Shown here one piece after another: positions 53,501 through 64,000 of a stretch of 64,000 nt of DNA. The stretch covers positions 7,750,001 through 7,814,000 of the forward strand of contig CM022674.1 in the NCBI GenBank assembly GCA_012295275.1, read 5' to 3'. The position numbers were made by a program, and so were the translations under genes. The first letter of the stretch is position 1, and each line of letters starts with the position of its first letter. The notes beneath the pieces are model-generated. The model ran no database searches and was not told the origin of the DNA. It saw only the letters and a list, made by a program, of their open reading frames with translations. The DNA is from Chrysomallon squamiferum (taxonomy: Eukaryota > Animalia > Mollusca).

Positions 53501-56500
53501 ATTAGTAAAGTATCATATTCAATTTTTATGAATGGGCATTAAACATGAAGACAAAAACAACATATATATAAATACACACAAACACGCGCGTGCGCGTGTG
53601 ATAAAAGTTACCTTTGAACAGAGCTCAAGAAGCAGGCAGACATTAGGAGCCTCCAAACACGCACCAATAAAGAGAATAATGTTGTGTTGTTTTAGTCCTT
53701 TTATTAGTAAAATTTCCTTTCTTATTTTTTTACTGCCAACATCCAGGGAATGAATACTGAATCTCTACAACAAATAGATATAAAACAAAATAGATATAAA
53801 AAAAATACATACATACACAATAACAAATACCTGTAACCATGCATTATCTTCAATGTTTATTTTTCTAGGTTACTACCAGTGCATAAGATGTAAGTTAATA
53901 ACATAACAGATTTCTTTTTAAATGAATGTCAAGTCAATTACACAAATATTTAATGGAATTAAATAGTATAACAATAGAAAGATGTTAGAATTGGAAATAG
54001 GATGTGGCCCTTAGGTAATAGGTAGGATATACTGGAAGCTGTAGCTTGTAATAAAAATTATTTTTAAAAATCTGAACAGTTTATGTTATCTGTGAGGTAA
54101 TACACTCAGACAAGCAAATAAACCCCATAGATTTTAAAACAATATGTTGATATAAAACTTCTCATTTAGTTATTATAACAAGAGAGAAAATGTAACAGCC
54201 TAGGATATGGAATGGCCAAGCAGTTGATATACTCTGAGGATGAATAACAGACAATAAAATATCATTTTTGAAACGAGTTAGTTAAACCAGAATTGATAAT
54301 ACTTATATTAAAGACACTTTTGTAAGAGTAATACCTCTGCATAACATTTGCGGTGCTTCCAAGTTACAAATTTAGACCATTGGTATGTTAAACTGCTCTG
54401 CATGCTAGAAACTACACTTGACTGCTGCTCATGCTCTATCACATCAATCCAATCAACAAGCCAGTCCAAATTCAATAGTGCATACCTGACACAAAATCAG
54501 ACACTTCATAACTTAAACTAAAGTAAAGCTTCTTTAGTTCTTTCCTTACAAAATCAAACATTCACTTGCACATTCTTTAGACAAGAATTATAAATTGGTT
54601 TAATGTATTCCTAAAACAATATGAAATATTCATTAGTGCATTCCTTAAACAAAATCAATCATTCTTTTGTGTATTCGTAAAACAACTATTCTTTAGTCCA
54701 TTCCTTAAACTAAATTAGAAATTTATTAGCCATATCTTAAATAAAATTAGAAGGAAACATTTATGAATTTTGCAAACACAAAAGCAAATGAGTTGTTTTC
54801 AAACCTTAACCTAGTCACACATTTATAATACTAACCTCCTTCCAATATATTTTATGATAATGAAGAGGGAAATAACACCAAAAACTAACAATGAAACTGT
54901 AAAGGCAATAGTTCCAATCAAAGAAATTTCACAATTTGCACCAATCCACATTTTATTACAGGTGCATATGTTCGGTCCAGTACATTTCCCATGTTGACAC
55001 TGACTGAAATAAATTAAACAAGGAAATTAATTTATTATGTATATATATATCTATATATATATTTTTTTTTCCTTTATGACACACATACACACCACACATA
55101 TTACTGTTTAGAAAAAAGTTATAAAAATTTAAAATTTTGAAAATTAAGCTTTATGCTTAGTGCTTCAATGCTCACAGACAGATTAGAGAAATTTGAATCC
55201 AATACTTCATATTTGACAAATATATAATAAATAATTATTTTTCTTTTAAGTGAAAGCAAAACAAGAGACATATCAAAAAAAAAAAATTATTAATTTTATA
55301 CAATTCAATTAATTTGAACACACACATACACACACAAAACAGTTTTTGAAATGTACTTACTCACAAAGAGCTTTATCACATCTTTCACCTTTCCAGCCAG
55401 TTCTACACACACAAACATTGGGAATTTGACAATATCCATTGTTACATTTACACGTCATTTTCTCACAGCGTGAACCATAGTAACCATCATAACACCTGCA
55501 TAAATAAGTATCAGTTAATGAAAATATATGGATATGGCTGTTAGTTATTAATACATAAAATATTAAAAGAACAAAATATATTTTTTTCTTTGAAGAATCG
55601 TGGACTTTGAGAAAAATTCACAACAGTTGCAATAGAAATATAGAAAACTGACTTCAAACTCATGCTTTATAAGATTAATAAAATTAAAAATTTTAGAAAA
55701 CAGATGTCTTTAAAAGGTCTTGAAATGATCTCCAACCATTTCTGAATTGCATAATATAAACTAACAAAAATATTTTTGGATTATATTATCCAAAACATGA
55801 CTTTGTTAATGTTGAAAATTACTTTAAACCTTTCAACTAAATAATGGGCAATTTATATAACATCAAGGGCAAAAACATTAATCTAAATATTTTATTTTTA
55901 CTTACTTGCATTTATTCATGGCTGTGCAGTTACCAAATTCATATAAATTTATGTTTGTTTCAGTAACTGATTTGCCTCCACAGCCAGACTCGCAGAAAAA
56001 AGGAGCAACTGCAATTTCCTTGTCCATGAAGAACCCCATTGTATTATTAGGTGGAACTGGTGTCAGTTCAAATCTTTCGCCAACAATCATTCCTGTTGAA
56101 GTATTAAATCTGCAATATATAAATGTATCTTTCTTAAAATAAAGTCAATATAAAAATAAATTATTAAAATAGGTAACACATTTAAAAGATTCATGATAAT
56201 TATAACTTTCATTAAAGTTTTATAAAGAATAAATGGATAACAATCAAAATGAATTATTATATTATGTATTAAAAAAAATATACTCAATGTGTAAACCATG
56301 TATTTGAAGAAATCAATAGATACAAGAATAAACCTGCTATGTATTACATCTCTCATGTAAACTCTCTTTATTAACAAACTACTGACATCTAAAGCTAACC
56401 TTGGTAGAAGTGGTTATATATGAGATAGTATATTCCATAAATTCATTTTAAACTCAATGTATTATGCAATACCTAAGTGATAAATTACAGAATTCAAATA

Positions 56501-59390
56501 TATCAGCATATTTTATACTCTAGAAGTTAAAAGAATATAAAAGTTAATTAAACAATGTACAGAAATAAACAAGTGTTGGTAAAACAATCTACAAAACTGT
56601 ATCAAATTCAGGTACTGTGAATATCAAAAAACACTGAACAATAAAATCTCATAAAAAAGTTTATAAAAGGACACAAAATCAGTCCAGAATAATTATGATT
56701 CTAAATGAAATAGTAAAAATCTACTCACAAACGCTTATTAACAAAGTTAGCATTGGGAAACCCTGTTGGAGCTACTTCATAACTCCAAGGTGGGGCGTCC
56801 AGTGGAGGAAGTGCTTGGACATGGGACTCCTGCTGTGGATTCTTGTCAAGCTTATGTATGAAGCGGCTGAAAATTGCTGTCTAAAATTAAACATGCATTA
56901 ATTTTTAGACTGTAAACCACTTCCAAAATAAAAAGGTATTTATTTTTAATTCTGACAATTCTTTCAAGCTGGAATATGAATATGCAGATGAGACATAAAT
57001 TATTGGCATTTCATTTAAACTTAGAATTCATTAAACTGTAGACTCCTTGACTAATAAAAGTGTTTTAATTCTCTGACATCATAATTTTAATCATTATGAA
57101 TTAAAACATTTTTTTTGTTCATGCAAAGACTTTTCCTAGTGATAGCCAAGAATACACTGGTTTCAGCCAAGTCCAACACAGGAAAAGTAGCTTTTAAAAA
57201 GTTTATACTGTGCAGTGCATGAGTGTGACTCTTATTCAATTACATTATCTAATAAGCATTTCATGAATTACAGGTTGCATCTATCCATTTATTCAGGAAA
57301 AAATTTAATAAATATTTACCAAAATAAAGTGAAAAAAAGGAGAAAGTTTCACATTTTATTATTTTTTTATTTTTTGTTTTATTTTTTTAATACAGAATTG
57401 TTTATTAAGTTTATTTTACTTACAGTAGATATTAAAGTATCAGATGTTGAAGGATGTGGATATAATGTTACTAAATATCCCATATATCCTGGTCTGTTTC
57501 CTTTATTATCAAATTTTATTATTCCAGTTAAACCAACTGTCTTAGTCTAGAAAACAAAGAAATATAAGTTCAGAAACATCTTAAACCACACACTTCCCAC
57601 TTAAACAACCAGACTCACAGAAACTATGTATATAAACATACATATAAAAATTAAAAACCACATATATACTCTCAGTTCCTATAATGCATGTTCAAAAACT
57701 TGGCAAATTTTTATTTATAACTTTTTTAATTTTCAGTATTATGAACATGTTCAAAACAGAAACAAAAATGTTACCTTTCGAATTTGGTGTGCAAGATTTA
57801 TACCAGTCATAGTTTTCTTATTTTTAATAAGCATATTCATTGCAATGGCAAATGTCATCAAGGCGTCATATGCCAAAGAATATATTCCAGTTATCTGTGC
57901 AATATCAATAGTAATTTAAATACATTTGAGCCAAGTGTAATTTCAGTAATATTTTATTACAAAACTGAAAACAAAAAAATAAAAAGTTATAATAATATAA
58001 TAAATAAAAATTTAAAAAATGATGAAAGAAATAATATTTTGCATATTATTTTTTTTAAAAGTGAAAAGAAAAACAAAAATGCAAATATTATTTCATAAAT
58101 AAATTTTCAAAAACAAAAAGAAAACAATGAAATGAAAAAATAAAATGGGAAAAAGAATAGCATTAAACAAAAAAGTAAAAGGAATTATTTTCTCCACTGC
58201 TTTCGTTAAATGAGATTATAAATGAATATTGAAATATAGCAATAACAAACTTTCATTCCAAAATTTCATTACCTGATGACTACCATATTCGTTATTTTCT
58301 ATGTCTATCGGTTCTGTCAGAGGATCCATAACTGGATATGCTGATGAAAATGCATGAAGTCCTTTGAAAGCAAAAGTACACGTTGGAAACTGGCATTAGA
58401 AGAAGAAAAACAATTACATTCATTATCATTCCCAGATAAACTGCAGAAGAAAATTAATTATAAGATCTTTTAAAAAGTAGGAAACAGCTATTTCTAAAAA
58501 AAACACAATGGAGATTAAAAATAATTTGTAATTTGGCACAATACAGGTCAGTCTAAAAACAGGAATTTCTTTCTCTTCACTTCAAGTATTTCTGTTTTTA
58601 TTTATAAATTTAATCATTTTCATTTGTTCATGAAAATTATTAAATAAAATTTACTTCCTTGCATTCTTCATCCTTATTTGTCCAAGGAAACTGCCACGAA
58701 AATTCTTCTAATGTAACCCACTGATAACCATTTATACAAGCCACTTCATTTCTGAAAGAAAAAAAAAAAAAAACATTATTTTTAATGTATCCTTGGTGAC
58801 ATACTGGGAAACTCACTAATTGTTTTATTTGGGGGGGGGGTCCCACATATTTTAATTAATACAGAAATATATTATAAGAGTATTGTGTAAAAATATACCT
58901 GGATGGCACTTTATTGTGCAGTGGATGGACTGATTTGCTTCAAAGTTTTATTTAAAGGAGAAAGAATATTTTTTATACAGCTAATTATAACATAATGACT
59001 CACGTTGTAAAGGGATAAAAGAAGAGCTTATAAATATTTTGTTGTCATAATTTGTTAATCAAATTCTTTCTACATTGTAATATTAACAATAATTTCTTCA
59101 TTTTAATTCATCAAAAATATATAAAATTAAAAAAGCTGTAATATTTACCGAATTGCAGCTCGAAGAACTCGTGTGTTGTAGGGACTTGGAACTTGAAAAA
59201 AAATTATTCTTATTTTATAACTCTTTATCTCCAGCATTTTAACATCAAGTTCATCGTCATCTAAATCTGTTCCAATACACACCTTAATAGCAAATATAAA
59301 TTTAAAAAGAATTGAAATACAGTATATAATTATTTCATGGAATGCTCTAGTGGTTCAGAGAAAAAAAAAAACAATTAACATATAACTTAC

Positions 59391-59421
<31 letters not shown>

Positions 59422-59956
59422 AAAAAAAAGGTCCCTGAAATATTTGGATAAATAAAATTATATTCATTATTGTATAAAAAATACTGAGTCGTATTTAAAA
59501 ATCTGGGTGTAAAAGATGTATAATAAAATTATTATTATTGTTATTAATATGATTCATTAATGAATTTTTTTTATATATTTTTATACACTTTTGAATAAAT
59601 ATAAAACAAATAAAACTGTTAAAATATTGAAAACAAAGCAAACATTTCCTCTATAAATTACTAAAACTTTTTTTCTTTTTTTTACCCTTGATTACCTCTT
59701 GAACAATTCTTATTCCATGTTCACTGGTTCCATCATAAAAAGCTTCATTCATTTTGTGCTCTTCATCACTAACAATAATCTACAAAAATTAAGAATTAGC
59801 TGAACTGGAAAGTTGAGTTAAGGCAAATTAAGACAATTTAAAAAAAATAAAAATAAGAATTTATGTATTAAAGTGATAAATAAAAATAGTTTAATACATC
59901 TTTAATAATAGTAATAATAATAATAACAATAATGTATTACTAATAGTAATAATGAC

Positions 59957-60006
<50 letters not shown>

Positions 60007-63000
60007 CAATAGCAGCACTAATAACAGAAGTGGTAGCAATAACAATAACAGCAGTAATAATAATGATGTCATAATGATGATAATGAAGACAATAATAATA
60101 GGAGTAATAAAAGTAATTATTATTATTAAAGTAACAGTAGTGTAGTAATAATAAGAATTTTGACAAGGTCTTACAATGTGAGTCCATCGTCTTGACAACG
60201 CTGCAGTTAAAACACTTTTTATTATAGCTCCTTCATCCCAACAGAGACGATTAAAATATGGATAGTGTTTCTGAAATCAATGGGTTTCTTACTTAAACAA
60301 CTCAAATATTATACATATATATATATATTATACATATATATTTTTTCTTATATATATATATAAGAAAAAATGAAAAGGATTAAGATGGACTAAATACAGA
60401 TTAATGAGATCATAAAAATAATTTACTAAGTATAATTTGTTTCTGTCAACTAGTTGAATATTTTAAAATAATTATTTAGAAATTATCTCTAATTACATAT
60501 AAATATACTTATAAAATCAGTTCTGAATAATAAAGTTTATTTTTGGTGAAATTTTAACAGGCTTTTACAGTGTAAGTTCATTGTCTTGACAAAGCTGCAG
60601 TTGTCTTAATTTACATATAAATATACTGATAAAATCAAATCTGAATAACAAATTAAATAAATGAGATAGATTAAATGCTTATAAAGTATCTTGTACTAAA
60701 TAATGATTTATTTAGTTATGAAAAATCATTTCAATTGTTGTAATATAGCATTTCTTCATTTTATTTTAGAAACATTTTCTTTTATCTCTCTCTCTTTTGA
60801 TTAAGTATATACAGATGAATAAAGTAATTATGAATACTTAATTCTTTTAATTTAAATTCTTTATCAGTCCAGATATCTAGTAGTTAAACAAAATCACCTT
60901 TTCACCAAATTTTTTCTTATTTTCTTTTACAGCAATTAAAGGCATTTCATCATAGTTCAACAGTGGAGCTAATTTTTCCGTCAAAAGGTTGCTCCCCATA
61001 CCAATAATTCCATGAATCCTTTCATTAGGATTATCCTGAATGTAACAAACAAGATAATGTGTAAATTTAATACATCTTTAATTTTTGTTACGTCATAAAA
61101 TAAATTGCTGTGCTGTGCCTTCCACAAGAAAAAAAAACATGTGTAAATAATGAAAGTTTTCATATTGTATCTATATGTCATGTATACTTTTCTTTGTTAT
61201 AAACACAAATAAAATCAGAGACCATGTCTGCTACTTAAACAACTGTGTCAGATTTTACCTCACATCATGAGTGTTTTTGTTATTTATTTGCATTTCTAAA
61301 TTTCATATAAAAAACATGATAATTTTAAAGAAATGCTTTTAATCTAAAAGCACACCATTCCATGTCTGATCATAAGTTCATATTCTTTGGTAGTCTGCAG
61401 GACATCTAGTTTGTTATCAAAATGTTTCACATAAATGTTTCTGTCTGAAAAAAAAAAAAAAAAAAAAAATTTCAGTAGATAATGTATCTAATGTAACACT
61501 TATCATGAAGAAAGTCTTTATGTTGTTATCACATAATTACATTTAAAATTAAATCAAAAGCATTTAAAACTTTCTGTATAAATGAAGGCCAATCAATTTA
61601 AGGAAAAAACAAATTAGGATACTTCATTAAATTCTGTCTGGATCACTCTAATTAGTCTTGCATTTTCATAGTTTAAAACAAAAATTAAATGAAAATAATA
61701 AAATCAAAATGAGACAAATCACTCAGATTTTAGTCCTTAAATAATTGCTGTTTTAGCTCATTCAAAAGTAAGACTACTGAAGGAACATTTTTTTGTTTAA
61801 TAAAGGTGGAATGGAATGCTTATATAACCTTCTGTCAATGCAAATTGTAATTTTCTGTTTATATCTGCCATATGAAATTAACTTTGTTGTTAATTTCTTA
61901 ATAATCTGATTATTAAATAACACATGATAAAAAATTTTAAACAGTTTTTAAGAAATGTGAATTTAATAGAAAAATATACCATTCAAAAAGGTATAATTTC
62001 CAGATTTAATTTTCCGTAAAGCATTTTCTATATAAATCTGTTCAAATGAACCTTCTTCCTCATCTTCCAAATAAAAGTTAATGTAATGACCAATATAAAT
62101 GTCAGCTGCAAAACCAATATAAAAAATTAAACAGCAGAGAGAGAGAGAGAGAGAGAGAGAGTAAAAACAGCATTAACTCAATTTCAGTTAAATAATTTTT
62201 TTAAATATATATATCTCAAATATATAAATGAAAGGTAAAAACACCTGTAAGAAAAAGGGAGTTGTTTAATTTAAAAATTAAATTAAAGTACATGTTCTAT
62301 AGCCTGTGTCCAAGAGACAAGACAGCATATCCCATGGTCTTTATTAACCCGGTTTATGAGCTGAGTGAATTATCTACCACAGAGCTAAATACATTTCGAG
62401 TTCAAACAGTATCCAAAAAGTACATATCATATCAAGAGAAATACAATTAAAAATAGATATATAATTTAACTTGCATTTAGATAATGCATTAACATACAAA
62501 ATTGTACTGTCAAGCGAGAAACAATTAAAAATAACAATTACCTGTAATTTCAATGTCATTAGTTAGTTTAGATTTCACAACAACATTGTCCATATTTGTA
62601 ATTTCAAAGTGCAGTTTCACTGCTGATATTGGCTGGCATATGGAACCTTTAAAAATACCTTTGCCTTTGTACATTATGAAAGATGCATCAGTGGACAGAC
62701 AGGCTGTTCCTGGTGTTGCTTTCACTGTTACATGCTAACATATATATACAAATAAAAAAGAAAAGAAAAGAAAAAATTATCCAATATTTATTTCAAACAT
62801 CTAATTCTAATCTCCATTTGTAACACCTTTTCAATCAAATCTTTATTTATTTCAAGTAACTATTTTCAAAAGTCCTTTTCAGAAATTAATTATTTTTGTC
62901 ACTTGGCCAACAAAATATTATTATCCCAATTCCTTTGTTTGAACTCAGTGTAATAAAAAAAAGATACTCTTTTATTTTGTGCTCTTTGTATGTACAGTAA

Positions 63001-63173
63001 ATTATTTTTAAAGTGTAAACTCACAAGTCTAGAGTCACGTCCTGTTTTAATTAAATCTTTTTTTCTATCTATAACTGCCACTTCAATGTAAGGATAAATA
63101 GGAAAATTGGCTCCATTCTTCTTAGATATCGTATTTAATGGTGTTAATATAACAAGTTCTGCTGCAGTTTGGG
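47572..63173 (-). CDS. Receptor (transmembrane) guanylyl cyclase, about 31 exons, 5' end not identified: beta-rich N-terminal module, ANF-receptor ligand-binding domain, 3 EGF-like repeats, TM helix, kinase-homology domain, coiled coil, cyclase
   Basis: Cyclase motifs [76 protein letters not shown], ending EHEIK* at 47572. KHD motifs [56 protein letters not shown] (exon 54836-55003). ANF-type motifs [33 protein letters not shown] in KVET and C in RYCLF indicate GTP specificity. Confidence 0.93.
54836..56109 (-). CDS. Three juxtamembrane EGF-like repeats plus TM of the receptor GC (exons 55906-56109, 55361-55495, 54836-55003)
   Basis: [21 protein letters not shown]; [26 protein letters not shown]; [27 protein letters not shown]. 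Confidence 0.88.
59905..60130. repeat. (AAT)n-rich trinucleotide tract in a GC intron
   Basis: Visible AAT/AGT/AAC repeats. Confidence 0.9.
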
Positions 63174-63479
63174 CTGGAAAATAAAAATCAACATAAAAAT
63201 AAAAATAATATACATCTGTGCACACACACACACCCGCACACACACACACACTGAATAACACTGAAAAAGCACTACCAAGAAAAGTTGGGTTTCTAAAAGA
63301 TAATCTAAGAAATAAATGATTATGCTGTGAACAGCAACAAACAAATGATTGATAGAGACAACAAATGAAAAAATGAAAAAGGCCACACAATCATTAATTC
63401 ATCTACGTATAAAAAACATGTGGGATCACAATGAAAAGTCAAAAGCACATTTCATCATTGTCTGCAGCAATATAAATTA

Positions 63480-64000
63480 TTCAACATCTTCTCATTGACC
63501 TATTAAGTCTGTGAATTGTGTTCTGTGGAATATCATTTCATTCCTGCTGTAGTGTTTTTTCCAGTTATGGAACACATAAACATGCATTCACCAAGGCAAT
63601 CTGAAAGATGCTCAACAGGTGCTGTGTGAACTAAGGCATTGTCTTGCTGAAATGTGTGCCTATCCCTATGTTGATGAAATAATGGAATGACATTATCCAG
63701 AGTTCTGTTCAATGATGACAACTACCAATGATCCATCTGCACAAGGCAGCACTGTGGCAATGAACACTATACCTCTGCCATATCTGCAGCTGACCATCAG
63801 CATTCCATAAATGGAAATGGGATTCCTCAGAAAATACCATTATAATCTTCAATGACAATACCTTTCTGCCAAATACTGACATTCATTTCAGTATCAGTCA
63901 GTCAAGTGAGCATGCAGCCCAGCAATACAACATGGCTGCACTAATAACCTTCATCAAAATGAACAGATGGTTCAGTTCTGGCACCTCACAGTGTACACAT
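63480..64000 (-). mobile_element. Tc1-like transposase remnant
   Basis: VIPLF....TFQQDNALVHTA, PVEHLSD and NADGQLQIWQR on the minus strand. Confidence 0.72.

Noticed and set aside
59891-60198. Poly-Ile/poly-Leu membrane protein ORFs
   Set aside because: Read-through of an (AAT)n tract adjoining a real GC exon.

Overview
AT-rich, intron-rich animal genomic DNA; microsatellites, CpG-poor gene bodies and repeat types suggest an invertebrate, possibly a mollusc (taxon inferred only). Bases 1-47 kb hold a tandem array of three copies of a chimeric gene on the + strand. It joins a Mind bomb-type N-terminus (MIB/HERC2-ZZ-MIB/HERC2, two REP/SH3-like repeats, ankyrin repeats) in frame to a PARP7/11/12-like ADP-ribosyltransferase domain (H-Y-I triad) at the position where Mind bomb has its RING fingers. 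Copy A (<1-10923) runs off the window start. Copy B (15998-21613) is a pseudogene with a ~10 kb internal deletion and an inverted exon insertion. Copy C (27543-44494, 19 coding exons, ~972 aa after correcting three 1-bp homopolymer insertions) is complete. A receptor guanylyl cyclase of about 31 exons lies convergently on the - strand (47572->63173), with an unusual ectodomain: beta-rich N-terminal module, ANF-receptor domain and three EGF-like repeats. Introns carry a decayed RNase H-bearing LINE, mariner, Tigger/pogo and Tc1 remnants and several minisatellites. All exon boundaries were read by eye.
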